Assembly: GCA_965203515.1 (NCBI GenBank)
Contig: OZ241907.1
Location: forward strand, 1,824,001 to 1,888,000
Reading direction: 5' to 3'
DNA from: Spirochaetia bacterium
GTDB lineage: Bacteria; Spirochaetota; Spirochaetia; SZUA-6; Bin103
DNA: 64,000 nt
In this document: positions 54,768 to 64,000 of the stretch, one piece after another
Layout: each line of letters starts with the position of its first letter
How positions within the stretch are numbered: the stretch's first letter is position 1
The notes under the pieces: generated by a model
Told to the model about the DNA's origin: nothing
Database searches by the model: none
Seen by the model: only the letters and a program-made list of their open reading frames with translations
Translations under genes and position numbers: made by a program

Positions 54768-55715
54768 ATGGTATCGGCGAAATACGTCGCCGGGTACCTG
54801 CGGCGACCGCATCGCATTGCGAACGATCGTATCGACCAGGAACTGCACGCCCGCTTCGACGTGTACGCCGATCGTCGAAGCGGCGATCTGTTTGCCCGCG
54901 GAGAGCGCCTCGAATGCTATGCCATGACGCCGGCGGGATGCGCCGAGCCGACACCGGTTCACGTCTGGATCGAGGACGAGTTCCTGGTCGACGAGCGGTC
55001 TGCGGACGGCGAACCGGCGCTGCTTGCGAAGATCGCGGCCAACGTCGCGCGCCACGAACGATTGGAGGAACGAGCGGTCGGCGTACTCATACCGGCGAAG
55101 CTCGAAACGCAATACCGGTTGGATGGGACGGGTGGAGCCGGCGGTCCGCTGCGCCTCAGGATCGAGTTGTATCGTGATCTTTCGAATGGAGAGCTGTTTG
55201 CCACCGCCGAACGGAGAGCGTGGTACGAAGTCCGCCGCTTTGGCTGCGGAAGGCTGGAACACGTCGCCTTTTGGGCGCGAGACGACGCGGCGTGCGCCGT
55301 GATCGACAGCATCGCATGCGCCGACTGCGGAGACTTCATGGCGGAAGCGCAGGCACGGATCGCCCGCAGTCTTCGGCTCGACCGCGTAGCCTGCAGCAGA
55401 CGGGATCATCGCTATCTCTTGGCTCCGTTGGAGATCGACAAGGTCGGCATCGACGATGATGTCGATCACCTGGACGTCGGCGTCGACCTGATGACCGAAC
55501 CGACCACGGGCCGAGTCCGGGCCGAAGCGAAGGAGCGCGCGGTCTTCGAGCTGCAGCCGGTCGACTACGACGGTACCGCGCATGAGAGCGTCCTGGTCGA
55601 TGATGCGGTCACCGGCGCCATGCTTCGGCACGTCAGCGCCGCGGACCCGGATGCCCTTGCGGAGGCTGCGGCGGCGGCGATCGCCGGCCGCTATCACGAG
55701 CTGCGCGAGCGATGA
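54768..55715 (+). CDS. Hypothetical protein (315 aa)
   Basis: Open frame with protein-like composition filling the gap; ATGA coupling to pcm; no family recognised. Confidence 0.6.
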   Translation: MVSAKYVAGYLRRPHRIANDRIDQELHARFDVYADRRSGDLFARGERLECYAMTPAGCAEPTPVHVWIEDEFLVDERSADGEPALLAKIAANVARHERLEERAVGVLIPAKLETQYRLDGTGGAGGPLRLRIELYRDLSNGELFATAERRAWYEVRRFGCGRLEHVAFWARDDAACAVIDSIACADCGDFMAEAQARIARSLRLDRVACSRRDHRYLLAPLEIDKVGIDDDVDHLDVGVDLMTEPTTGRVRAEAKERAVFELQPVDYDGTAHESVLVDDAVTGAMLRHVSAADPDALAEAAAAAIAGRYHELRER

Positions 55716-56482
55716 GCCGCCGGTGCGGTCTTGCGTGGACGGTGCGGGCGCGGCGGCGGATCGCGTGCGCCGCCGCACTGTTGGTCCTGCCGGTGGCGCT
55801 GCCGGCGCAGGAACGGCAGCCGGCGCAGGAACGGCAGCCGGCGCAGGAACGGCAGCATGAGCGGGACGCCATGGTCGACCGCCAGATCGCCGCGCGCGGG
55901 GTGAGCGACGATCGCGTGCTGCAGGCCATGCGCATCGTGCCGCGCCATCGGTTCGTGCCGGAGCGTCTGGCGCGCTCGGCCTACGCGGACAATCCGCTGC
56001 CGATCGGCGAGGGGCAGACGATCTCCCAACCCTATATCGTCGCGCTGATGACCGAGACGCTGGGAGTCGAGGAGGATGACCGCGTGCTGGAGATCGGCAC
56101 CGGGTCGGCCTATCAGGCGGCGGTGCTGGCGGAGCTGGCGGCGGAGGTCTACTCGATCGAGATCCGCGGGCCGCTGGCGGAATCGGCGGCGGCGCTGCTC
56201 CGTGAGTTGGAATACGCCAACGTGCGCACGCGTCATGCCGACGGCTACTACGGCTGGCCGGAGGCGGCGCCCTTCGACCACATCATGATCACGGCCGCGG
56301 TCGATCACGTGCCGCCGCCGCTGCTGGAACAGCTCGCGGACGGCGGCCGGCTGGTCCTGCCGCTCGGCAATCCGTTCGCTCATCAGAGCCTGGTGGTGGT
56401 CACCAGGACCGGGGACGGCTTCCGCCTGCGCGAGATACTGGGCGTGCTGTTCGTGCCGATGACCGGCGCCGCCCTCCGATAG
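55712..56482 (+). CDS. pcm: Protein-L-isoaspartate O-methyltransferase with signal-peptide-like N-terminus
   Basis: [56 protein letters not shown]. Confidence 0.92.
   Translation: MSRRCGLAWTVRARRRIACAAALLVLPVALPAQERQPAQERQPAQERQHERDAMVDRQIAARGVSDDRVLQAMRIVPRHRFVPERLARSAYADNPLPIGEGQTISQPYIVALMTETLGVEEDDRVLEIGTGSAYQAAVLAELAAEVYSIEIRGPLAESAAALLRELEYANVRTRHADGYYGWPEAAPFDHIMITAAVDHVPPPLLEQLADGGRLVLPLGNPFAHQSLVVVTRTGDGFRLREILGVLFVPMTGAALR
55801..55854 (+). repeat. In-frame 18-bp tandem repeat x3 (PAQERQ)
   Basis: gccggcgcaggaacggca three times. Confidence 0.95.
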
Positions 56483-58920
56483 AGTCGCCCCTGACCCTGC
56501 TGATCGCGGCCGCGGTCGCCTCGTTCGCCGCCCTCGCCTATGAGGCGCTTCTGGTCCGGTTCTTCTCGCTGTCGCAATGGAACCACCTGACGTTCCTGGT
56601 CCTGGGCGTCGCGCTGCTCGGCTTCTCGGCCTCGGGAGCGGCGCTGGCCGTGTTGGTGACCCGCCGGCCGCAGGCGCCCGCAGCGCTGCGCCGACCCGCC
56701 GGCGCCGCGCTGCTGCTGGCCTGCCTGGCGCTGGCGGTGATCGGGTCGTTCGCCGCGGCCCGCGCCATGGAGCTCGACTACTTCCGCATCCCTCTGGAGC
56801 TGGGCCAGCTTGCGCTGCTGGCGGCGTCGTTCCTGATCCTGTCGGCGCCGTTCGCGGTCGCCGGCATGATCACGGCGCTCGCATACGCGGCGCCGGGCAT
56901 CCCGGCCGCGCGCGTCTACGTGGCGGCGATGGTCGGCTCGGGGCTGGGCGCCGCCGCGCCGGTCGGCCTGCTGCCGGCGTTCGGCATTGCCGGAGCGGTC
57001 GCGGCGATCGCCGCGGCCCCGGCGGTCCTTGGGGTGGTCCTTGGGGTGATCTCGGCGGCGACCGCGGCGCAGTCGGGGAGCGGCGGCCGTCCGGCCCGCG
57101 CCGGGGTGGCCGCCGGCGCCGCTGCTGCGGCGCTGACGATCGGCGCGCTGGCGACCGGCCTGATCGGAACGGCCGCGCCCTCCCCGTACAAGCTCGGCTA
57201 TCAGGCGCTGCAGTTCCCGGACACCGAAGCGGTCGAGCGCCGCACGACCATCCGCGGCCGCTACGAGCGCCTGCAGGGACCGGCGCTCCGCTTCGCGCCG
57301 GGGCTCAGCCTGCGCTGGACCGAGCGGGTTCCCCGTCAGGACGCGCTGCTGACCGACGGCGACGCATCGCTGTTCGTCCCCAGGGACGCCGATGCGCGCT
57401 ACGCCGGGGAGCTGCTCGGCTCGCTGGGCGCCGCGCTGGCGCCCGACGCCCGCAGCGCGCTGGTGCTGCAGGCGTCCGGCGGCAGCGCGCTGCCGATCGT
57501 CGCGCAGGCCGGCATCCCGCAGGTTACGGTGGTCGACCCGTCGGCGTGGCGGGCCGCCGCGGTGCGCGCCGCGGTCGCGGAGCTGGGTTGGGACGGGCGG
57601 GTTGCGGTGCGCCGCTCAGCGCTGCGCGGCTTCGCCGCGCGCGCCGCCGGGCGCTACGACCTGATCTACCTGGACCGGGCGGGCGCGTCGGTACCGGGCG
57701 TGGAGAGCCTGAGCCGCCAGTTCACGCTCACGGTCGATGCGCTGCGCGGCTACCTCGACCTGTTGGCGCCGGGCGGCGTGCTGATGCTGGGCGGCACGCT
57801 GTCGCTGCCGCCGTCGGCCAGCGTGCGCGCGGCGGCCACCGCCATGGAGGCGCTGGCCGGCCGGGCCGCGCAGCCGGAACGCCACTTGGCGATGCTCCGC
57901 TCGTTCGGGAACTTCGCGCTGGCGGTGTCGCGGGAACCGCTGTCGGACCGGCGGCGGGCAGCGGTGCGCTCGTTCGCGCGGGAGCGGAGCTTCGATCCGG
58001 TCTACCTGCACGATCTGGCGGCGGCGGAGGTGAATCGATTCGCCGTCCTGGTCGAGCCGCACTACGCCGGCGCGATCGGCGGTCTGATCGCCGCCTACCG
58101 GGCCGGCAGCGCCGGCGACTGGTTCCGCGCGCAGGCGCTCGACCTGGCGCCGCGCGGCGATGCCCGCCCGTTCTTCAGTCACACGCTGCGGTGGCGGCGG
58201 ATCGGCCAACTGGCCGCGGCGCTCGGCGGCCGCTGGTTCGGGTTCCTGCTGTCGGCCGAGGTGGTGGTGGCGGCGGTGATCGGCATCGCCGCGGCGGCCG
58301 CCGCGCTGCTGCTGGCCCTGCCGGCCGCGGCGGGCGGCGGCCGACTGCGGCCGGGCGTGTTCGCGTACTTCCTGGCGGTCGGCGCCGGCTACATCTGGGC
58401 GGAGCTGGCGCTGATCGACCTCTTCACGCTGCTGGTCGGCGATCCGGTGATCGCGGTCGTGGTGGTGCTGTCGGCCATGCTGACGCTGTCAGGGTTGGGC
58501 GGGCTGGCGTCGAGCCGCATCGCGGTCGAGCGCCTGCCGGTCGGGCTGCTCCTGATCGGCGCGTTGCTGGCGGCCGCGGCGCTGGCGGCGTTCCCGCTGG
58601 TCCGCTGGCTGCTGGCGCTGCCGGCGGTGATCCGGGTGGTCGGCGCGGCGCTACTGCTGGCGGTGGTGGCCGTGCCGCTGGGCCTGCCGTTTCCGGCCGG
58701 CATGCGGCTGCTGGCGCCGCGGCCGTATGCGACGGCGCGGGCGTGGGCAGCCAACGGCGCGGCGTCGGTGGTCGGCGCGGCGTTGGCGCCGCAGCTCGCC
58801 TGGGACCTCGGCATACCCGCGATCGGCGCGCTGGCCGCCGCGGTCTACGCCGGCGCCGCCCTGGCCGCGCGGGCCGCCACCCTGGGCCGCGCGGCGGATC
58901 GCGATCAGCCGGTCATGTAG
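56479..58920 (+). CDS. Spermidine-synthase-like integral membrane protein (TM-MTase fold-TM)
   Basis: Conserved N-terminus LAYE.LL.RFFS..QW.H..F.VLG.ALLG..ASG lies upstream of first GTG (56650); SPYK; YDLI.L; D.RPFF; YF...G.GY...E; AWAANG..SV. Confidence 0.8.
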   Translation: MESPLTLLIAAAVASFAALAYEALLVRFFSLSQWNHLTFLVLGVALLGFSASGAALAVLVTRRPQAPAALRRPAGAALLLACLALAVIGSFAAARAMELDYFRIPLELGQLALLAASFLILSAPFAVAGMITALAYAAPGIPAARVYVAAMVGSGLGAAAPVGLLPAFGIAGAVAAIAAAPAVLGVVLGVISAATAAQSGSGGRPARAGVAAGAAAAALTIGALATGLIGTAAPSPYKLGYQALQFPDTEAVERRTTIRGRYERLQGPALRFAPGLSLRWTERVPRQDALLTDGDASLFVPRDADARYAGELLGSLGAALAPDARSALVLQASGGSALPIVAQAGIPQVTVVDPSAWRAAAVRAAVAELGWDGRVAVRRSALRGFAARAAGRYDLIYLDRAGASVPGVESLSRQFTLTVDALRGYLDLLAPGGVLMLGGTLSLPPSASVRAAATAMEALAGRAAQPERHLAMLRSFGNFALAVSREPLSDRRRAAVRSFARERSFDPVYLHDLAAAEVNRFAVLVEPHYAGAIGGLIAAYRAGSAGDWFRAQALDLAPRGDARPFFSHTLRWRRIGQLAAALGGRWFGFLLSAEVVVAAVIGIAAAAAALLLALPAAAGGGRLRPGVFAYFLAVGAGYIWAELALIDLFTLLVGDPVIAVVVVLSAMLTLSGLGGLASSRIAVERLPVGLLLIGALLAAAALAAFPLVRWLLALPAVIRVVGAALLLAVVAVPLGLPFPAGMRLLAPRPYATARAWAANGAASVVGAALAPQLAWDLGIPAIGALAAAVYAGAALAARAATLGRAADRDQPVM

Positions 58921-59318
58921 TTGATCATCCAGTTGACGCCGAACTTGTCGGTGCAGGAGCCGAAGTAGGCGCCCCAGAACTGGTCCTGCATCGGCATCGT
59001 CACCTGGCCGCCGTCGGACAGCTTGGCGAACAGCGCGTCCGCCTCTTCCTTGCTGTCCGGGGCGATCGAAAGCGAGAAGTTGTTGCCGGTCGTGAGCGGC
59101 GGGCCGAACGAGGAGCTGTCGCTCCCCATCAGCACGCCGGAGCCGATCGGCAGCGACACGTGCATGATCAGGTCCCGCTCCGCATCCGGCATCTCCGTGC
59201 CGGCCGGCGCTTCGCCGAAGGTCTGCATGTCCGTGAACTCGCCGCCGAATACGGAACGGTAGAACTCGAACGCCTGACGGCAGTTGTGCGGAAAGGTGAG
59301 ATAGGTGTTGAGGTGCAT
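58905..59318 (-). CDS. VOC/PhnB family protein
   Basis: YLTF..NC.QAFEFY..VFGG; IMH..L; MGSD; QFWGAYFG...DKFGVNW. Confidence 0.9.
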   Translation of the reverse strand: MHLNTYLTFPHNCRQAFEFYRSVFGGEFTDMQTFGEAPAGTEMPDAERDLIMHVSLPIGSGVLMGSDSSSFGPPLTTGNNFSLSIAPDSKEEADALFAKLSDGGQVTMPMQDQFWGAYFGSCTDKFGVNWMINYMTG

Positions 59319-59377
59319 CGCCTCGAACTATAGGGCCGCCGCCCGCCGCCGCCAAGCGGCGGGCGTCGAAAGACCGC

Positions 59378-60337
59378 CTATCCCTCCTTCGCCAGTACGA
59401 AGTAGTGCCCGGGGTTCCACGCCTGGCAGATCAGGAAGACCTGTCCGTCCCGCTCGTACCAGACGGCGTTGTGGATGTGGTCGGCCAGCTCCACGCCCAG
59501 CTCCTCCTTGGGCCGGATCGTCGAAACCACCTCGTAGGTGTGGCCGTCCAGGACGTAGATCGGCGCCGGCCGCCCCTCCTGCGGATCGTCCAGGCTGCCC
59601 ACCACCGCATACCAGCCGTCGCCATGCCGCTTGAAGTCGATGCCGCACGGCTTGGAGCCGTCCGGGATCGGGTGAGAGGCGTGGAAGTGGCCGTCGAGCC
59701 CCAGGAGCTGGAAGCGGGCGTGCGGCCGGTCGGCGATCGACAGGCGGCCTCCGCCGGGGGCCGGATTGAGGCCGTGCGCGGTCCCGAACAGCCCCGGCGC
59801 GTGCGGGTCTTCGGTCTTGCCGCCGAAGATGCCGGTGTAGCGGCGCGCCGCCGGATCGACCGACGAGATGTAGTTGGCGCCGTAGCCGTCCGACACGTAC
59901 AGCGTGCCGTCCGCAAAGGCGGTGTCGGTCGGTTTGAACGCGACCTGCTCGTCCCGGTACTCCTCGAACTCCGGCCGCGGCAGGATGAAGTCGACGGCGC
60001 CGTCGAGTCCCACCACGGCGACCTTGGCGTCGTTGTTGGCCGGCAGCACCAGCCGGCGCTTGCCGTCGAACTCGATGATCTTGGTGCTGTGGAAGTTGAT
60101 CGGCGTGAGATCGGAAGGGAGCTCGATGATCTCCTGCGCGGTCAGATCGGCGCTGATGCGCATGATGCCGCAGCCCGGCATCCCGTAGTAGAGGTAGCCG
60201 CTGGCCGCCGTGTCGTCGGCGAAGCCGCCGTGCAGATCGACCTCGTGCGGCCGTGCCCGCTCCGGCAGGGTGTACAGATCGTCGCAGAGTGAGAACCGGA
60301 ACGGCTCCCGGCCGCTGGTCTTCTTCGCCTTCGCCAT
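59378..60337 (-). CDS. NHL-repeat-like beta-propeller protein
   Basis: SD AAGGAG; FKPTD.A..DG.LYVSDGYG; FGTAHG; IADR..ARFQ; AWNPG. Confidence 0.7.
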   Translation of the reverse strand: MAKAKKTSGREPFRFSLCDDLYTLPERARPHEVDLHGGFADDTAASGYLYYGMPGCGIMRISADLTAQEIIELPSDLTPINFHSTKIIEFDGKRRLVLPANNDAKVAVVGLDGAVDFILPRPEFEEYRDEQVAFKPTDTAFADGTLYVSDGYGANYISSVDPAARRYTGIFGGKTEDPHAPGLFGTAHGLNPAPGGGRLSIADRPHARFQLLGLDGHFHASHPIPDGSKPCGIDFKRHGDGWYAVVGSLDDPQEGRPAPIYVLDGHTYEVVSTIRPKEELGVELADHIHNAVWYERDGQVFLICQAWNPGHYFVLAKEG

Positions 60338-60422
60338 GGTCGTCTCCTTCCGTGCGTGTGGGGGTCGCCTCCCAAGCCTACACCACCACCGGCCAGCGCC
60401 GACAGCGCGGCACGGCCGCGCG

Positions 60423-60451
60423 TTGACGCGGGCGGTCCTGCGGCCCACCAT
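60423..60451 (+). promoter_or_regulatory. Sigma70-like promoter (leaderless geometry)
   Basis: TTGACG-N17-CACCAT-N6-GTG(60458); no SD. Confidence 0.55.
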
Positions 60452-60457
60452 CGGCGC

Positions 60458-61324
60458 GTGGTTACGGCGCGCGACGTCTATTTCTTCGACCTGTGGGGCT
60501 ACCTGCATCTGCGCGGCGCGCTCACCGCGGCGGAGGTGCGGGCCTGCAACGACTGCCTGGACGCGATCCCGCCGCTGGCGGTTGGCGACTGGCACGGCTA
60601 CGTGCACGGCCATACCTTCGGCGATCACGACGGCCTCAACTACCAGCAGATCTACGAGGCCGGCCGGCCGTTCGAGGAGTTGATCGACCATCCCGCGTGG
60701 TTCGACAAGGCGCGCCACTTCGTCGGCGCGGAGGGGACCTTCGACGAGCAGCACGGACCGTTGCTGATCGACGAGGCGTTCGCCAACGTCCGCACCGCCG
60801 GCGAGAGCATCGGCCTGCACAACGGCGGCCACCTGGGCCTGAGCCGGTGTCAGTTCCGCTACCACGCCGGCCGGTTCCACTGCAATCAGATCAACGTGTT
60901 GGTCGCCCTCACCGCCATCGGGCCGGGGGACGGCGGCACGGTGCTGATTCCCGGCTCGCACAAATCCAACTTCGAGCATCCCTCCTTCGAGCGCTTCCGG
61001 ATGGGCGTCGACCGCCCCGATCCGGCGCGGATCGAGGGAGCCGTGGAGGTTCACATGGACGCAGGTGACGCCCTGCTGTTCGTCGACTGCTGCACGCACG
61101 GATCGTCCCGGAGGACCAACGACGGCGCGCGGCGCGTGGTGGTCTATCGCTATGGACCGTCGTGGGGGCGGCTCCGCCACGCGTACCGACCATCGCCGGA
61201 GCTGCTCGCCCGGCTGACCCCGCGCCGGCGCGGGATCGTCGCGCCGGCTTCCGACCGGCGGCTGGCGCCGGAGCCAGGCCCGCAATCGCCGGCGCGTCCG
61301 CAATCGCAGGCGGCGGCGACGTGA
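60458..61324 (+). CDS. Phytanoyl-CoA dioxygenase (PhyH) family protein
   Basis: YFFDLWGYL.LRGAL; LHNGG; GDGGT.LIPGSHK; AGDALLF....THG...RR. Confidence 0.85.
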   Translation: MVTARDVYFFDLWGYLHLRGALTAAEVRACNDCLDAIPPLAVGDWHGYVHGHTFGDHDGLNYQQIYEAGRPFEELIDHPAWFDKARHFVGAEGTFDEQHGPLLIDEAFANVRTAGESIGLHNGGHLGLSRCQFRYHAGRFHCNQINVLVALTAIGPGDGGTVLIPGSHKSNFEHPSFERFRMGVDRPDPARIEGAVEVHMDAGDALLFVDCCTHGSSRRTNDGARRVVVYRYGPSWGRLRHAYRPSPELLARLTPRRRGIVAPASDRRLAPEPGPQSPARPQSQAAAT

Positions 61325-62622
61325 GCGGCCGACCGGTACGGGAGAGCCCGGGCGATACGTCGTGGTTCGTGCGCGACCGCTTCGGCCTGTTCATCCACTG
61401 GGGGCTGTACGCGCTGCCGGCGCGGCACGAGTGGGTCAAGAACAAGGAGGAGATACCGGACGAGGTCTACCAGAGGTACTTCGACCGGTTCGATCCCGAC
61501 CTCTACGATCCCGGCGTCTGGGCCGATGCGGCGGCCGGCGCCGGCATGCGCTACTTCGTGGTCACCAGCAAGCATCACGAGGGATTCTGCCTGTGGGACA
61601 GCGCGCTCACCGACTACAAGGTCACCCGCACCCCGTACGGCCGGGACCTGCTGCGGCCCATGGTCGACGCCTTCCGTTCGCGCGGCATGCGGGTCGGCTT
61701 CTACCACTCGCTGATCGACTGGCATCACCCGCAATTCGTGATCGACGACATCCATCCGCAACGCAACCACCCGGACCGCGAAGCGATGAACCGCGCGCGC
61801 GATCAGAGCCGGTACGTCGAGTATCTGCACGGCCAGGTGCGCGAGCTGTTGACGCAGTTCGGTCAGCTCGACGTGCTGTGGTGCGACTTCAGCTACCCCG
61901 GCCGCGGCCGGGACGCCAAGGGCCGGGACGAGTGGGACAGCCCGCGCCTGTACCGCACCATCCGCGAGCTGCAGCCGCGCGTGCTCCTCAACGACCGCAT
62001 GGACCTGGACGACGGCTGGGACATCAAGACCCCGGAGCAGTGGCAGCCGCAGGGCTGGATCGAGGTCGACGGCGTGCCGGTCACCTGGGAGGCATGCCAG
62101 ACCTTTTCCGGCTCGTGGGGCTACCACCGTGACGAAGCCTCCTGGAAGAGCGTGGGCCAGTTGATCCGCATGCTGGCCGACACCGTCAGCAAGGGCGGCA
62201 ATCTGCTGCTCAACGTCGGGCCGACCGGCCGGGGCGAGTTGGACCACCGCGCGCTCGACCGGCTGCGCGGCATCGGCGCCTGGATGCGCCGCCACGGGCG
62301 GTCGATCTACGGCTGCACGCAGGCGCCGGCGGAGTTGGCGGTCCCGCAGGACTGCCGGCTCACCTGGAACCCGGACACGCGCCGGCTGTACGTCCACGTG
62401 TTCGCCTGGCCGTTCCGGCACCTCCACCTGCGCGGCTACCGCGGCAAGGTCGCCTACGCGCAGTTGCTGTCCGACGCGTCGGAGGTGGCGGTCACCGGCC
62501 TGCCGGACCATCAGGCGCGCATGGAGCGCGCGGGGCCGGACGACCTGGTGCTGGAGCTGCCGGTGCGGCAGCCGGACGCGCAGGTACCGGTGATCGAGCT
62601 CTTTCTGAACGGCGCCAGGTAG
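61321..62622 (+). CDS. Alpha-L-fucosidase, GH29
   Basis: GTGA overlap; WF...RFGLFIHWG; AGMRY.V.TSKHHEGF; YHSLIDW; LW.DF; NDR; SWGY; GGNLLLNVGP. Confidence 0.93.
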   Translation: MSGRPVRESPGDTSWFVRDRFGLFIHWGLYALPARHEWVKNKEEIPDEVYQRYFDRFDPDLYDPGVWADAAAGAGMRYFVVTSKHHEGFCLWDSALTDYKVTRTPYGRDLLRPMVDAFRSRGMRVGFYHSLIDWHHPQFVIDDIHPQRNHPDREAMNRARDQSRYVEYLHGQVRELLTQFGQLDVLWCDFSYPGRGRDAKGRDEWDSPRLYRTIRELQPRVLLNDRMDLDDGWDIKTPEQWQPQGWIEVDGVPVTWEACQTFSGSWGYHRDEASWKSVGQLIRMLADTVSKGGNLLLNVGPTGRGELDHRALDRLRGIGAWMRRHGRSIYGCTQAPAELAVPQDCRLTWNPDTRRLYVHVFAWPFRHLHLRGYRGKVAYAQLLSDASEVAVTGLPDHQARMERAGPDDLVLELPVRQPDAQVPVIELFLNGAR

Positions 62623-62641
62623 CGCCGCCGGTACGCCCGCG

Positions 62642-64000
62642 GTGCGCCGCCTGCTCGTTCCGGCCGGCGCGGCCGGCATCGCGCTCCTGGCCGGCGCCTA
62701 TCTGCTGCTGGCGAACCGGCCGGCGCCTCCGTACGAGGGGCCGGTGGTCTCCTCGCGCCAACAGCTCTCGGACGTCGACGAGTCGGAGATCGTCGCCATG
62801 ACGCTGGCCCCGCGCGGCGGGCAGACGATCCGGCTGGAGCGTGAAGGCGCCGTGTGGCTGGTGCGGGAGCCGTACCCGTTCCGCTGGGACTGGCCGCGCC
62901 TGCAGGAGTTGCGCGCGAGCTTCGCCAGCCTGTTCGCGCAGCGGCTGGTGGTGGAGGACCCGGACGACCGCGCCCAGTACGGTCTGAGCCCGCCGGCGGT
63001 GGTCGCCAGCGCGCGCCTGGCGTCGGGCCGGACCTTCGAGTTCCACCTCGGCAGCCCCACCCCGTCGGGCGAAGCCTTCTTTCTCAGTTCGCGCGACGAC
63101 CGGGCGGTGTTCACCGTGCACGCCGTCCACGGCAAGCGGTTTTCGTGGACCGTGGCCGACCTGCGCGACCAGACCATACCGTCGCTGGCGGCCGACCGGA
63201 TCAACCGCATCTATTTCCGCGACGGCGATTACGAGGTGGAACTGGTCGCGGTCGGCGAGCAGCCGCGCTACGCGCATCTGCCCGGCTCGCGGATCATGCG
63301 CGTTCCCTACGTGGCCGCTGCCGACGAGGAGCGCTTTGCCGCGATCGCCCGCCGGGTGGCCGAGATGCCGGTCAGCGCCGCGGTCGCCGGCGGGAACGGC
63401 GGGGAGGCCGGCTTCGGACTCGACCCGCCGCGCGGCGAGCTGCGGGTCCGGGACTTCGAGGACGAGCTCCATCTGCTGCTCGGCGCGACCGCCGGCGAGC
63501 GGGTCTACGTCAAGATGCCGGGCGCCGCCGGCGTGCATACGGTCCCGGCCGCGGCGCTCGACTTCCTGACGCTGACCCCGTTCGAGCTCTCCGACCCGCA
63601 CGTGCTGGCCGTGCCGGAGGAGCGCCTGCAGGCGATCTCGCTGCGCGCCGGCGGCCGTGAACACCGGATCGATCTGCAGCGTGCCGCGGACGACCTGGGC
63701 GGCGAGCGGGTCACGCCGGTCCGCGCCGGCGATCCGCTCGACGGGGACGGCTATGCCGCCCTGGCGGCCGAGCTTGCGAACCTGGAGGTCGACGCACCGG
63801 CTCCCCTCGGCGGCCGCGGCCGGCCGGCCGGCGATCCGATGCTGACCGTCGTCTACCACCTGCGCGCCGCCGAGCGCGCGGCGGTCACGGCGCGGTTTCT
63901 CCCCTACGACCGGGACTTCCACCTGCTGGCGCTGGACGGCAGCATCGACCTGCTGGTCGACCGCCGCGCGGTCACCGCCCTGACGGAACGGATCGAGACG
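62642..64000 (+). CDS. DUF4340-domain protein (3'-truncated by window; not in ORF track)
   Basis: GTG 62642: MRRLLV + TM anchor; LEREG.VW.V.EP; QYGLSPP; FHLGSPTPSG. Confidence 0.7.
   Translation, partial: MRRLLVPAGAAGIALLAGAYLLLANRPAPPYEGPVVSSRQQLSDVDESEIVAMTLAPRGGQTIRLEREGAVWLVREPYPFRWDWPRLQELRASFASLFAQRLVVEDPDDRAQYGLSPPAVVASARLASGRTFEFHLGSPTPSGEAFFLSSRDDRAVFTVHAVHGKRFSWTVADLRDQTIPSLAADRINRIYFRDGDYEVELVAVGEQPRYAHLPGSRIMRVPYVAAADEERFAAIARRVAEMPVSAAVAGGNGGEAGFGLDPPRGELRVRDFEDELHLLLGATAGERVYVKMPGAAGVHTVPAAALDFLTLTPFELSDPHVLAVPEERLQAISLRAGGREHRIDLQRAADDLGGERVTPVRAGDPLDGDGYAALAAELANLEVDAPAPLGGRGRPAGDPMLTVVYHLRAAERAAVTARFLPYDRDFHLLALDGSIDLLVDRRAVTALTERIET

Noticed and set aside
1..64000. rRNA, tRNA, prophage genes and a taxonomic assignment
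   Set aside because: None recognised; no marker genes in the window to support a taxon call

Overview
High-GC bacterial chromosome segment, densely coding; no rRNA, tRNA, CRISPR array or integrase recognised. Both flanks carry carbohydrate/solute-scavenging genes: four paralogous uncharacterised GH-like beta-propellers, a heparinase II/III-type lyase, two GH20, GH51, GH29, a GH109-like oxidoreductase, two family-5 ABC permease pairs, two binding proteins (no ABC ATPase) and two CRTAC1/ASPIC-UnbV proteins. The centre (about 15.2-37.5 kb) is a defence hotspot interleaved with catabolic genes: MTase-REase-ASCH, Septu-like PtuAB, HigBA, a 1638-aa nuclease-STAND (Avs-like) protein, an EcoAI-type Type I R-M system and an Rpn nuclease. 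The most notable observations are: a single-TRD (half-size) HsdS; an ArsP-like permease fused to a CRTAC1 beta-propeller; a chain of two translationally coupled 5-codon mini-ORFs between two permease genes; a G13 tract at the 5' end of a GT-C glycosyltransferase; an internal SD+ATG in rpn; a C-terminally truncated HigB; a signal-peptide PIMT operon with an apparent ATA start; recurrent leaderless promoters; and a rough mirror arrangement of the flanks. All family calls rest on motif recognition by eye, not on database searches.
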